Below are positions 38,110 to 52,869 of a stretch of DNA of 64,000 nt, in pieces. The DNA comes from Eledone cirrhosa. Lineage: Eukaryota. The translations under genes and the position numbers were made by a program. The stretch spans positions 98,518,001 to 98,582,000 of the forward strand of contig OZ024741.1 in NCBI GenBank assembly GCA_964016885.1, read 5' to 3'. The notes beneath the pieces are model-generated. The model saw only the letters and a list, made by a program, of their open reading frames with translations. It was not told the origin of the DNA and did not search any database. The first letter of the stretch is position 1. Each line of letters starts with the position of its first letter.

Positions 38110-39599
38110 TCTTTTCACTCGGAGAATATAAAATTCCCGAGTTCAAATTACGAACTGGCGGTATTCAAAATTGTTCCCGAGATGAGAATGAATGATGTGG
38201 AAGCATTTCTGTCCAGTGCCGTGTGTAAAGATAGAACATAATATGTATGTCCTTGTGTGACCGTGTGTCCTTGTTTATATTTATTCTCAACATAAAACAG
38301 TGCCCGTATCTTGCAATGTTGGCGGCCATTCGAGACTATACGAAAAGGATTCTGTCGTTTCCCTTTAAAATAATCATCAATTATTGTAAATGAGATAATG
38401 CTAGGATAGATGAATATCAAGAACTAGTTATCTAGATAGCATAATAAGTACCTATTACATACTGCATATATACATTTAGTTAGAAGTCGCGTAATGTTCA
38501 GAAAACCTAAGTTAATTACACGTAGCTAATTACAATACACGTTTGGAATTAGTAATTTAAGTGGCAGATTGATCAGTCGCTGTTCACTGGGAATTAGATA
38601 AGCCACAATGTTCCTATATCCCAGTGATCGATCCCGCATTTCTAAGATTGGAGATTTCTCTGCTAACGCAACTATTATTTCTTTCACCTGGTTTACTCTT
38701 AATTCATATGATTAGCTCCATCGCCCCAGGTCACAGATGGGTCTACTTGTCAAATGCTAGATAAATTTTAATTTGTTCCTTTTGCGGTCAACATTTCACT
38801 GAAGACTGAAATTATTTCGTCTTATTTCACGGTTGTACTTTCCTAGTTTTAATTATAACTTATTCAAGAAGGACTGTTAGCTTAAATCTAGAATTCATTT
38901 CTGTAATTGCAATTGTTTGTATAACTTTCCCTAATTTTAATGGTAATTTTTCTATTTTCTTTATGTATATTTTCACCACCTGTGCAGCTGCAAATATGAA
39001 CATTTTTGTCGGTATTATGAAAAATTATGAATTTAAATATCGGTATAAAATATTTAGTTTCTAATTTCGACTTTTGCTAGTGACAAATATTTTCTAGTAG
39101 TATCATTCGGTATGAGCTAAAGAAGCAGCCTTCTCGTGCAGTCACTAAAGATTAGAAATAGCAACCACATTTCTCCCAAACGTCGCCTCTACTGTCTTGA
39201 AATGGAATGCGGTGGTGAACACTGAATAATGTCATTCTAGATGCACGTTGTTAGAAAAAAACAAACGGACGGAAATATCATATCGGAATCGTCTGTTTAT
39301 TCATGGTTGGGGTGAGAATAAACATAATTAACATCCATAGTCAGTCACAAATCCGCAGTGTTTAATTTAAAGCACCGTCGGATAATGAAGATAATTAATC
39401 ACTACATCATCGATATGTAATGTATGTTTACCCGACCACCCTAACCAACTTGCCCTATTATACATTGATAATTGATTTTCAGCAAAGTGCGATGTATATA
39501 TCTGTGGACCACATTTACCTAGTCGTCTCCTGGTTCAAGGACTTTGGCAGAATGTACGGCAATGGCAAGAGACAGGAAAAGATGGAGAGTGCTGCTTCA

Positions 39600-40180
39600 T
39601 GAGTCCATGAACCCCGACCCTCACATTCGAGGATGGGATGAGGAAGGAAAGAAAATAACGTGTCTTTAAAGGCAACACAACACAATACCACTCCTGTTCT
39701 TCATGAATACAACATATGTATGCAGCTTCTAACGGATGCAGAAAGGGCAACTGTATGGTCGCTGTCAAGTGTGCGCCATGTTATATGGGGGAAATTATTT
39801 CCCTCGTTTCAGAGTTTTGAAGTGAAATGGAATAGCGTGATGGAGTTATCATTTTCTTGCATCTGCATGTGCTGTGTGGATCTTCCCTTGATGACTTCAG
39901 CTCTGTAATTCTCAAGGATACATCGTGATAGTGTGGAGTTGACCCTATAAACCCCATCTTTTGAGTGAATGTGTCTTCCAGGAGTCAATTATTGCGGTTT
40001 CCGTATCTATCATGTAGTGCATTGAAGGTGTAAGCGAGTTGTTTTTTTCTGTTGTTGCATTCGACATTAAGTGATGCTATCAAGCTTTATATATTTCCTA
40101 CCGCATCTAAACAGTTTGATGAATGCGTTTGTATCAATGAAACTATTGTATTGTAGGAATAATGCCTGCATACATATCGG
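39600..40180 (-). mobile_element. Highly decayed LINE 3' relic (CR1/Jockey-like)
   Basis: Remnant ..LFHFTSKL*N resembles the FFPxTxxLWN terminal motif; many stops. Confidence 0.3.
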
Positions 40181-41029
40181 CAACATCAAATTGGAGACAA
40201 AATCTAGTCAATAGCTTCTGCCCTCACGTTGAGTTGACTGAATCTGCGGTAAAGACATTCTACAAGATGCTTTGCAGATGGATCGAAACCAGAATCTCAT
40301 AATTTCGAAGCGAACCTGTTAACCACATAGCGTTATTAGTTATCACAAATGATTGCCACTTCACTAGTCAACATATTCACAGCTGCAGCACCATAGCTAT
40401 GCGAGATAGCTGACAACATGTTATTGCCTCCGGTGGAAGATACTTGTCATTACAATATTTTTGAACTGTTGTTGACCTCTCCACTATGTCATGGAGATTT
40501 GTTAAGCTTCTTTTAGTCTATCTCTCTCTTTCACTCTCTCTCTCTCTATATATATATCTAAAATTTTCTCTCTTTCTCTCAATCCCTCACCCTCTCTCGC
40601 TCTCAATCACAATCTCTCTCTTCCATTCTCACTCTCCTTTTCTCTCACTCTTCCTCATCTTCTCTTTCTCACCCTCTCTCACTCACTCTCTCTCTTTCCC
40701 TCGCCCTCTGACCCCTCTCCCCCAATCTCTCCCTCACTGTCCAACACATGCGCATCTTTCTTCCCGTATATTTTCTTGTTTTATATTATTTTCGTGAATA
40801 CTAACTCTCAGGATATTTGCCTATCTATATATCCATATATATCTATAAATAAAAATACATTTATAAATAAAGAACTAATCAACGTATTTTGTGAACGCTA
40901 AATATATGTATCAACAGTTTCATTAGTACCGCATCACTTTTTTCTAACATACAAAACTCTGGGTCTAAGAATATTTGAATAATTTGTGACTCAGTCAAAA
41001 TATTAATGAATTCATATATATATATATAT

Positions 41030-41084
<55 letters not shown>

Positions 41085-41770
41085 TACTTACCTACATAAA
41101 TATAGATGTCAGTACGCCGTCGTTACACAAGGCGTGCCTTCGGCGTATTAAAAGTAGCGGAAATCAGCCCTCTTCATATTTTTTTGGAGAGTAAATAATT
41201 TATAAGGATAGAGTAGAGAAAAAGTACGTCATTTACCGACTTAGAATGGATGAAAAGCTTGGTTGGACTTGATGGTACTTGAACTCAGGTCACAATAAGC
41301 CGGAACAAATAATGAAACATTTTTATCCGACACCCGAATAGCTCTGTCATATATATCCGTGTTGCAGTCTGGTAGAAATATATCGATTAATTACCAAAAC
41401 ACTAATATTATGACTATATATATATAGTATAACTCTTCCGTTTATAACATTATCGCACACTTCGGCTACATGGCGCATAAATGCATATATATTAAGTACC
41501 AACGCGCGTGCTTATATCATGCAAACTAATATGCCCATTTCAGGATACCACTATAAGCGAGGGAGTATATATGCCCCTCGGTAGCGTATTTCCTTCTGTT
41601 GTTTGGATGATGTAGACAAACATCTTCTAATCAAGGCTAAATTGAATACATGTCTCTCAATTTACTGAGAGATACGTATATTTGGCATATCGCATGTCTA
41701 CATACGAAAATCTATACAGGTGTATATAAATTTACGCAGTGTTGGTTACCTCTTAATTATATATATTTAA

Positions 41771-41805
<35 letters not shown>

Positions 41806-42015
41806 TTTTAAGTCGTTTGGAAGCTTCGACAATGCAGATGGGTAAATCTCCGGGTAACAAGATCCGGTGGTGGAGAGAGAGATGTAAGTGGGTGTACGTT
41901 GAGATGCGTGGCGTGTATAAGACTGTAACGTGTAGAGGAATGAAGGAAAGAGCATAAAGGAAAAAAATAAAAATAACAACACGAGAAAGAGTTACCTTGG
42001 GAGTGATTTAATTGT

Positions 42016-42051
42016 CCCTATATATTTCGGATACACATCCATCAACTGGGG
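42016..42051 (-). ncRNA. Degenerate minimal hammerhead motif
   Basis: CCC-CAGTTGA-T-GGAT gtgt ATCC-GAAA-TATA-TA-GGG. All stems are present, with two core changes. Confidence 0.55.
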
Positions 42052-42235
42052 TTTTTTCCGGGGGGGGGGGTCGGAAAGGTGCGAAACGTGTCCTCCGCTG
42101 CTTGTTGTTTTGAATATCTGAGGTATTCAGCAGAGCGCGCGTGCGCGTGAAATGGGGTCGGTCAGGCAGAGGTCAGCGGCCGAAGTAGTTCTTTCAATTG
42201 TGGGAGAGGGCGTCTGTTTCAATTGTGGGAGAGTG

Positions 42236-42710
42236 CGTCTGTATACATATATGTATGTACGTATACATACATACTTACATTTAAGTAAGTGCCGTACTAA
42301 GAGTGAGAAATGAAATTTCGTTTCATTCTATTCCATTCATCGTTTACGGTGCGCCCGGTCGACTGAACTCACTCGATATGCAAATTAGGCTGCGCAGCCG
42401 TTAATATGTATAAGGAAAGTATATACTTTCAGACGTTCAACCATCTGGCAGGAAGGTATACGATGGTGACGATAGCTAATAAGCTTGAAACTAGTACATC
42501 GTTCCTGTGTCAGTGTTGAACAAAAAGGTGACGTGGTTGCCTAAACACTGTACGGCGTAATTCGGGCTGTTTGTTTGTTTTCAAACAAACAAACCGAGCA
42601 TTATAATAAATGTTCGGTAAATCGATACGTACATATATATATGTGTGCATGTATGTATATATATACATACTACTGTGCGTCTGTATACATATATGTATGT
42701 ACGTATACAT
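42236..42710 (+). mobile_element. Retrozyme-like HHR element, locus 3 (~1.07 units; HHR at 42460-42502)
   Basis: A 33-bp terminal direct repeat (42236-42268 / 42678-42710) gives a unit of 442 bp. HHR ACGATG-GTGACGA..GAAA-CTAG-TA-CATCGT has C3G. Confidence 0.8.
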
Positions 42711-44019
42711 ATATACATATATATATATATAATTAAGAGGTAACCAACACTGCGTAAATTTGTAGAATTATATATATATATGAAGTTATAAATGCATCGT
42801 AATTTGAAATGCTTAGCATACAAATACATATAAATATATTTATATAATCTGGAATAGAAAGTATATTTTGTTTATTTCCATTGATCTTTTAACAGCTCAA
42901 GAAATCTATATATACGCAAACATGCATGGCGTACATAGTTTATGTGATTCAATAAAGACACTGAGCAATCGTTTCATTACATCTCTACCAAAAACCCAGT
43001 CAATACAGTGAACGACAAAGAAGACATCAACTAACATCTAAACCCGCAGTCACGGACTTTTTTGAAATTTCACCATCCACTACTTTTGTGAGTCACCTAT
43101 ATTTAGTGCTGCCACTAAAACGTTACAAAAAAATGAACAGAAAATACATAGAAAGTGTCTTGAAGGATAGGTCTGTCTAACGCTTCATTGGCTCCCCACA
43201 CACTCGTGAAAATAAAATAATTACGTCAACATTAGTAGGATTCTCATATCATTACCATGCTAAAGAAAATAAGAGAGAGAAAAATTGTTGTTCTATCAGT
43301 AGGTGTATATCACACTTATCGGATGCTAGGATGCTTCTGACGAAGGTCATGCTTGAGTGGTGCAGTCACTATTAGAAAACGTTACACCAGAGTCATGGTA
43401 CTGCTTCTGCAAGGACCAAAGGACAGTCAACATGATCTTTGTTACACGGGAGCGCATAGAAAATGCAAGAAATCTGTTCTTTATAATAGCTACAGGAATT
43501 ATAGTGGAATGTTTTTTGAAATTTGGTTGGCAGCCAAAATTAAAGAATTTCATTTACAATTTCCTCACGATAATGGTTACTGATAAACAGAGATCAGATC
43601 TCTTCAGTATAAAAATGAAGTAGGCAATGGTGTTGGGTGTCCTATACTATTTGATGACCACACTCTTACGCAGAAACTTGGGATGGGAGATGGAAATTTA
43701 TATTAAACTCTGAATCGACGGGAAAACTTTCAATTTCATTGTCTTCGTTTGACCCACAAATCCGGATCCTAACAGATCATTCCACTACATGTTCAGGACT
43801 TTGGTACAGTAGTTCATCCTTCAGGCGCCTTCAGTTCCCTCATCTCAGTAATCTTGACAATTCATAAAGACTAGGCCTTAAAAGATAGAATTACGCACAT
43901 AGAAATGCCCCGTGTAACCAACAATAATAGCATTGATTCTACACTAGACAGCCATCAACAAGGTGTTAATATTAACTCATGTCTCCCCGAAGTATACTCT
44001 TGGATCATCTACAACATAG

Positions 44020-44482
44020 TTAATAATAGTTTCTATTTTAGGCACAAGGCCAGACATTTTTTTAAGGGGAGGGAAAAGTCGATTAAATCGACCCCAGTAC
44101 ATTACTGGTGCTTTCTTTTATCGACCCCGTAAGGATGAAAGACAAAGTTAACCTCGGCGGGATTTGAACTCAGACTGTAAAGGGGCGTAACGCTATGCTG
44201 AAAAGCATGGCGTCCGGCTCTCTACCGATACTGCCAATCCACCACCCTTACAACATAGTTAATAATGGTTTCTTATATAGACACAAGACCAGCAATTTTA
44301 GGGGAGGGGAAAGTCGATTTAATCGACTTCAGTGCGTGACTGGTACTTTATTTTATCGACCCTGCAAGGCTGAAAGGCAAAGTTAACCTCGGCGGGATTT
44401 GAACTCAGACTGCAACGAGGCGTGATACTATGCTGTAAAGCATGGCGTCCGGCTCTCTACTGATATTGCCAATCCACCGCCC
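44020..44482 (-). mobile_element. Two tandem family A SINEs
   Basis: Copies at ~44020-44245 and ~44255-44482. ACAACAT(A/G)GTTAATAAT recurs at both ends and at the junction, TSD-like. Confidence 0.85.
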
Positions 44483-44992
44483 TGACAACATGGTTAATAA
44501 TGAGATGGTGGAAAAAAGAAGCACCCCAATTCCCCAGTTGAGTGCTACCTTGTAGAGAAGCAACAACATTTCAAAAATTTAAGATATCGCTACACATTGT
44601 TTATCTTGTCGATCTCATTGTTAGAAAGGAATTAAAGATTTGGAGGAGAACCGCACGCACCAGAAGTGATAAAAGAGGCATCTACACTGAGTTATTACTG
44701 GCTTCTTCAGCCAAAGCTATACATATACGATTGGAGCGTTCAGTAATCAAAGTGTCCACAAGTGAAGATATTCAACATGGGATTCGATGGACAGCAATAA
44801 GCAAGCAAATGTGTATGTGTGTACGTGATTGTGAATATGTATGTATGGATAGATGTCCACGTACGGAGATATTTCATTACATGGGTAAGTATATATATAT
44901 ATCTATTTATGTGAGTGTCTGTATCATTTACTCGTTCTATGTTTGCATATGTGAGTATATATGTGTATGTTTATATATGGGTTATTAAATGC

Positions 44993-45119
<127 letters not shown>

Positions 45120-45289
45120 TGTCTTTATTTTACTCCCCGGAGGAGAGAGCCAGACATTAATTCTGAAATGTCTCTTTTGGCATTGCAGTGAAAAATATAA
45201 AAAACAAAAATCTCATCAAATATTGAGAATTAATTTGATGTCTTTGGTGGATGATGTGAGAGGAAAATAGTTATATTGGTAGTAGTAGT

Positions 45290-45302
45290 GTTGGTGGTTG
45301 TC

Positions 45303-45355
<53 letters not shown>

Positions 45356-45373
45356 TGTAGAGTGTTGGTGACC

Positions 45374-45414
<41 letters not shown>

Positions 45415-45447
45415 TGTAGAGTGTTGGTGACCGTAGTAGTAGTAGTT

Positions 45448-45497
<50 letters not shown>

Positions 45498-45533
45498 TGT
45501 TGTAGAGTGTTGGTGACCGTAGTAGTAGTAGTT

Positions 45534-45582
<49 letters not shown>

Positions 45583-45590
45583 CTGTTGTA
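45290..45590. repeat. (GTA)n array with three interspersed GTTGTAGAGTGTTGGTGACC units
   Basis: The 20-mer is seen at ~45354, ~45413 and ~45499. Confidence 0.9.
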
Positions 45591-46042
45591 GTTGCTTTTA
45601 CTTGCAGTTTCTCAAAAACATGAAGCCACATCGATCTCACTGGTCATATGACAATATTACCAGTCCCAGTGGATACTATTGTTAGTACCATAGTTGTTTT
45701 TGTTGCTACAACTGTTCTGTTTTTTCTTGATTTTATTTAACCCTTTGTTCTAGAAAACCTATTATCAAAGACTATTCCATCACTATCGACACAATCTTTT
45801 AGTTCCAGACATAATGCATCAAATACTACATTATTTAATGTGCCATTCAGACTTTTTTAAAGACTGCAAACTGTGATTTGGAAGTGAATGGCAAATTTTC
45901 TAATAAGTCAAGTGAAAAAGCTGAGAATAATTCTTTGGCTAACTTGGTATTAGTGTTGCTGATGTTGCAGCAGTAGTAGTAGTATTAGTAGTTGTAGAAG
46001 TAGTAGTAGTAGCAGCAAAAGCTGCAGCGGTAGCAGAAGAAT

Positions 46043-46081
<39 letters not shown>

Positions 46082-47229
46082 TAGTAGTAGTAGTAGGAGG
46101 AGCAGGAGGAGGAGGAGGAGGAGGAGGAGGAGCAGCAGCAACAGTAGCAGTAGTATTAGTAGTTGCGTGCGAAATCTAGAAATAAGTATTAATATTTTAC
46201 TGAAGGATTGGTGTGTCAAAAAAAATATTCTACCTTGCGGTATTTATCCACACATCATTTACCCTTTTTTTCCTTTAGAGTCAATGAATTAAATATCCGG
46301 CATAGTTTGTGATTGATATTAAATGACTGCAGCCTTAAGCCTTAACATAAAAAATATACGAACTTGTGCCTGTACTAGAAATCCATATTATACTGAATGT
46401 CTCAAGTAAACCATCAACCTCTCTCCCATAAAATTTGTAGCCTTGTAGTAATGTTAGAAACTATTATATTTTAATCTGACAAAGATGATAAGTGCCCGTA
46501 GCTCTACGGGAAATTATGCGGTTGATATTCAGGGGTTTTGCCTTTGAAGTTAAGGATATTCCCAGAAGTTTACATGTGTACAAACAAATAAAAAAGCACT
46601 CAATATGTCATGAGTTGTATATATTTGTAGTTTGGCAGTTAATTATCACCATGGTTATGACCCAGAGATATTTTGACACGGAGACACGCATTTACTGTGC
46701 CGGACAACTCAAATATATCTAAAAGATTAAGCACGTTTCTCTCTGTCTATGTAAATCTAAGTAATGACCGTCGGGTTCAGGGACTCTTAAAGAAGTGTCT
46801 TCTACTATAGTCTCTTGTGAATGAAATTTGATAGATGGAAAATGATACCCGTCGAAAAGTTGTGAGTTCGAGCAAAATACTTTATTTTACGTTACTCAAA
46901 TCCACTGAGTTGGCAAAAATTAGATGTACATGTAATTCAAAAGGCCAGCTATGTCACACATAGAACCATGCTGGATCTTCAGGAGAACTATGTTAAGGGC
47001 GCATGTGTCTGTAAAATGCTCAGCCATGTCTTCGTTAATTTCACGAGCAGATAGAATCCGTGATTTATTGAATCAACTGGAGCTCTCATCGTTGGAAACG
47101 ACGGAGATCCAACATTATCTCACTCTCACTCATACACACACACGCATATCCCCCCCCCCCCCCACTCTCAAACGTGAACCTAATACCAACACTATTCGTA
47201 ACTGCACTCCTTCTTTTTGTTTTGTTCTT

Positions 47230-47277
<48 letters not shown>

Positions 47278-47323
47278 TGAGTGTGTGTGTGAGAGAGAGA
47301 GAAAGAGGGACAGAGAGTGAGGG

Positions 47324-47354
<31 letters not shown>

Positions 47355-47375
47355 GTCTATATATAGAGATAGATA

Positions 47376-48619
47376 TATTTCTTTTATTTGCCACTAGGGC
47401 ATCAAAAGTGGGACAAGTACAAAGGGGGGAGTTTACACAAAAAGGCGTCCTCAATAAGGAGGAGGCAATAACAAAATATAAAAATAAAATAAGATATAAC
47501 AAAAAATAAAATTTTTAACAAAATCCTCAATAGAGAGGAGGCGCCTTGGGGGGTCGCACACACCCCCGAAAAAAGTGTGCAACCCTTCTCCTCAGGAGCA
47601 CAGAGAAGGGGTGCTCCCTTGGTCTTTCATCTTCCTCACCTATAGTCTGATGTAGAGTGAAGGCCCATTCACACGGGCCATTCTCGCCACTTTCACCCAT
47701 CTTTCATAGAAACGGCTGGGGTGCAGCACCTCTCTCTCCATCCTGATCCTTCTTCCGAAATGATATCGGAAGAAACGGACCAGTTGTTGGCCAGAGAGAA
47801 AGGTGCCTGACCTCAGTCCTTTCAGACGCGTCCACCATACAACCTCTTTCGCCATGGCTATTACGCACAGAAACACCGCCTCTGCTTCATCTTTGAAGGG
47901 GGGAGGCGGCTTGATCATTACAATAGACTCGGTGGTCAACCGGATCGGTTCCACCCTTGACAGCAGTTGTTCGACATAGCCCCACAGATCGGCTACGCCC
48001 GAGCAGTGTACCAATGCGTGTGCAACGGTTTCCTCGTCGCACACGCATCTGGGACAGATCTTTTTGGCGGGGTCCCTACCCGGGCGCCCGTGTCTGTAGA
48101 GCCTTTCTCGAACGGGTAAAGCCCCTCGGTAGCACTGCCAGGCCAGGGACTTCTGGAAGTTGTCCATAGGTCCCGGGCTGAATGTCCTACCGAACAGGCT
48201 GGCCAGTTCGTCCTCCTCCATGTCTAGGGCTTCTCCGAGGGCGTCGTCGCACCTGCTGCGTACCAGCCCTCTATAGAATGTTGCGGTGGAGTCTCCACTG
48301 ATAACCGGATCCGCCTGCCAGAGGGCGGTGAGCGCCTGGGCACACTCAGTGTGCCAGGCGCCCAGTTTTCTCGGTCTTTGCTTGACCCAGGATTGCAGCT
48401 CGGTGAGTGAGACGAGTCTGGGAAAGGTTCGCCTCACAAACGAGGCCCACACCGGTTGTCCGGTGAGGAATACGTAGAGGTGCCGTAGCCTTAATGCGTG
48501 TTTACGCATCATTAGCCACGGCATCCCCAGCCCTCCTTTCGAAGGGTGTTGACAGCAGATGGATCTCCTCACCATAGGAGCCCGCCTCTTCCAAAGGAAT
48601 TGGAAGAGCGCGCGCTCCA
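47376..48619 (-). mobile_element. 5'-truncated L1/Tx1-type LINE with a 20-bp TSD
   Basis: Open frame 47640-48620: FQFLW...CCQHPSKGGLGMP...CPRC..H..C. TSD TCTATATATAGAGATAGATA at 47356-47375 and 48620-48639. Closely similar to 35810-36813. Confidence 0.92.
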
Positions 48620-49159
48620 TCTATATATAGAGATAGATAGAGAGATAGAGAGGTAGATAAATGGATGGATGGAGAGAGAGAAAGAGAGAGATAATGAGAT
48701 AGTGGAAGAGAGAGAATCACATGCAAAGACACACATATGATATAGACTGTAGGCAACATGCTTGTTAGCAGCAACAAGTCTATTTAGTTGTAAAGAAAAC
48801 AGATTCCCATTGATGAAACAATAATTTCATGCAGATGAACCATTATTTATTTCAACCTCTTTACCAACAATTCTTTGATCGTTTCTGAAGATCTGCTGAC
48901 AAGGAAATTGCTGCATATGAAATTAAATCACGTGAACTGTAGGTCAGGCTTTCAATATACGTTAAGAATCTTCCACAGCTACTGGACCATTCTTTTCTAT
49001 TGTCGGTATGGCAACAAAATTACTTTTAAATCTAAAATCCTTAAAGATCAAAAGAGATACTACATTGACATTTGTGTGAATGTAATATGTGAATTTGTGT
49101 ATATAGCTACAGTTATGTGTTTATGTTTGTATATGTGCTTATTGTGTATTTGCGTGTAT

Positions 49160-49197
<38 letters not shown>

Positions 49198-52100
49198 GTA
49201 TATTTCTCACTGCATTGATGTATTTGAGCATGCGTTCATTTGTATGTGTCTATGTGTGATTATGCATGTGTGTGTGGGTGTTTGTGCGCGCGTGTGTGTG
49301 TTATCTGGGTGTTAATTCGACAGTATTTCACCATATTGTGGTGAATAACATCCAGCGGTTACAATATAGAGTGATTGTCAGTACATGGAATTTGGACAAA
49401 GAACAGTGATAATTTCTCGTATTCAGTAGGCTTGATAAAATGTTGAAGTGGTGGCCTCAATTAATTTTTGTGATTAAGTGATGGTCCAGCAGGGACTAAT
49501 GACTAGAGAGTGATAATCAACAACGAAGTTACCAATGGGATTTCTAGCAGTCAGTTTATGTCTGTGGGTAATGTGGGACATTTCTTTTTACTTTTTTTTC
49601 CTTATTACTAAGACTTAGTGAGATAACAAATGGTGTGTATGATTGCTAGTGTATCCGAATTGAAGTCTTTAAATTATCAACGTATTTGAATTTCAATAAC
49701 CAAAGGTTAACAGCGTATCAGGGTGATGACCTAATGGGATCAGTGTATTTGACAGGGTATTTTCGCCATTACTTTCAGAGTTGGTAACTGTGAGTGAAAG
49801 ATAAGCCACTGGGGGTTTCTATTGTTATTGTTCTTCTTTATCTCCAGATCATCTCTGAAAGAACAAACATGGTTACGGTTCCAAATGTGGATGTCTCTAT
49901 ATAATCATGGTTAAACATGAATGACGAATGGTCGGGTGGTCACTGCATTTTATTAATAGAAACAACATCAACAACATCAGAGCGACATTTTCCAATGTGT
50001 CCTTCCTTACAAGAGTGAGTTGCGAAAGAGTTGGTTACAATTTCTAGCAGATTAGTTGTTCAAATTAATGTTCTAGCCGGTTGTTTGATAAAATGAGTTT
50101 AACTTCGAACAACCTGCCTTGTGGTAATTAATTGTGCCCTTTACGTTCCGAGTTCAAATACCACCCATATCTAACCTTCCTTTCTTCTTTCCTGTGTTGA
50201 TAGGGTAAAATACCTGTCATGTACTACGGTTGGTTCAGTCAAAATCTAACGTTGTCTTGCAGGCTTTTACAAGCGATTAATGAAGGCTGAGAATACAAAA
50301 TGAAACTTATTTCTGTTTCTCCTGCTTTGAGAGAGGATGAAGATATCTCTCAACGGCCACAGTAATCCCGTCATGAATAATGATCCCAGGTATTATTGAC
50401 TTCAAAGGACAGGTTGACGGAATAATTCCATACAAATGCTACAGCTAAAGACAGATCAGGTCAATCTGTCATCGTGTCTAGTAATGCTTGATGTTACAGA
50501 TAACTAGCCTACTCACTATAACTACTGAAGATATGATTTTGAGTTTAAATGCTATGATTGATACCACACTCACCGTAGCAATTAATGATAGGCCTTAAAT
50601 CATGGTCACATGATTACACTAAGATAATATGACATGAACATAGCGTATAATAATTTCTTATATTGAAACAAAGCCATACATTTGGAGGTAGATCGAAACA
50701 GTACTTGATTCATATTTTAATATTATCAATGTCGAAAGGATGAAACGCTAGATCGAGCTCACTACGATTTGAATTCAGAATCTAGAGACATGTAACGAAA
50801 GGGGCATGAATAAATACGACTCTGTATTTCCCCTGCTATTCAACCGATCCTGATAAGTTTTTATCAACAAATATGATAATGTATATTACATACAATTTTA
50901 ATTGTAATAGAATGTTGAACTTTACTTATTGTTGGCACCATCTTTTGGGAATGACGTCCTTGGTGAATGTTTCCAATCCTGTGTGACTAATGTTGTTAAC
51001 GTCAGTCTGACTGTGAGAAAGCTAATTTGGAGAGCAGTTCAGATGAGAATTCTAAAAAAGTAAGTATTATTTTTGGAATGCTGCTGTACTATATTATAAC
51101 TGTTTGGACATCAAACGATCGACGAAAGGAGTTATTGTTGCTGATTAACCTCAAAACAATCCTGAAATTGAAGACCTATTATGAAATATCAAGTGCCATG
51201 ACTAATTCCTTACTTCGGTTTGTTTTTTTAATGTGTCTCTAAGGCTATTCCTTATACGTTCTCTATAACAAGAGTAGAGATTTTGCCGTCATTTTAAACA
51301 TGTCGAGTAAAAATGTAGACGCTTTCCAACTGACTCGAGTTTGTTAAAGTGATATGCTTAGGTGACCGACGTAGTTTACCGCATGTTTTCATTAGTGACT
51401 ACTGTTACTATATTGGTAAACTGTGACAGCAATATTGTCCAACGTTACCATAACAAACAGAAGAACAAGGTTCGAGAAACTCCGAAGATTGTATTCAATA
51501 TTCAATCTGAGTAGGAACGAAAGGCAGTGCCCGTAGCTCTTTCAGACCTTGTACTCTTTTGGATGTTGATGTAGTTGACTGCAGTTCGAAGGGCTGCAGT
51601 TCAATATCTTTAGAGATACGTTTAGTTGAAAGAAAAGACTATGGTGGTTTCAGGCTGAAAGCTGGATGGGAAAAAGTGTTTAGAATATGTTTTATAAGGA
51701 TAAGACATGGTAGAGACGACTTAAGCAAGGAAAACGTCAGCAGGAAGCAAATTTCTATGTTAGTATTGAACAAGATTTACAGAATGTGGTTTATTTAGAC
51801 AAACTCGAAATACGGATGACTCATAGGAAGCAGTGGGTGATAAAAGGGACAAGTCGTCAATCGCAGTGACTAATTTAGAAACATAATGATTGTTGCACCG
51901 GTATAAGAGACAAGGTAAGGACATTGTACGTACAAATTATTGCAGCATATTTTAAGGGCGAAGATTTTCCAATCAATCAGGGGGATTTTAGATAAGTGTG
52001 TTGTTATGTGACACATTGAATGTAAGTGACAACTACAATTTCTACCAAGTGTAATATATCCCAGATGTTTCAACTCACACACTGTGAATGAAGTGAATCA

Positions 52101-52869
52101 ATATTGTGTGATATGATCTATAATGTGACAGTTTACTATAAACAAAAAGATTCCGAGAATATTCTGTTCTCTCTAAAATAATATTTAGTTAATGATTACA
52201 GCAAATCACTCCAACAATAACAACAACGAGATTTCCCAAAAGATACAAAGCCAAACAAATAGAGTTCTCGACATTAAACAATATTTCAAGTTAGTTTATT
52301 TTTCTAAAGTATTCAATTATCATGACCTTCATCGCTTCAGGCCAACCCGTAGGAGCCACGAGAAAATCTCATTCTATAAAAGGGTTAAAGAAGGTGAACG
52401 AAATGAAGCTTCGAATCACTAATTGAGATGGACCACACTTGGACGTGTGACAGCAATCTAGTTATTTTCCTTCGTTTATCTTCCTTATACTTTAGACGAT
52501 ATTTCCTTTCTCTAATAAATTTATCTCGCGCAAACACTGATTCCGGCGTCAACACCTCATTTCATTTCTTTCATCTTTTCCGATCAATAGTATGATCAAT
52601 CAATCAATCATATGAGGGGGTGATGATTGTCTTTTCACTGATCAATCATTGTTGATCAATACATCAGCTTCAGTTTTGAAAGCTTAAATCGATTCCTCAC
52701 CACCGTAACTATTCACCACCACACACTTTACATTCTACTTCAGTGATATTAGCCGGAGTTTATCTTGTGTTATACTATTAATCCATTACTTTCCATTCCG
52801 TAGTTAATCAGGGTAATCTTAATCTTCGAATATAATCACATACAGTTTTCTACGGTATCAGCAGGAGCA

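Noticed and set aside
44542-44988. 148-aa ORF or possible exon from 44625
   Set aside because: No recognisable domain, no convincing donor site, and it runs into low-complexity sequence.
45350-45520. CRISPR-like repeat-spacer pattern
   Set aside because: The spacers are pure (GTA)n, the context is eukaryotic, and there are no cas genes.
50398-50450. RING-like peptide CSICMELFRQPVL on the minus strand after a possible acceptor
   Set aside because: It is followed immediately by stops, with no remaining RING residues.
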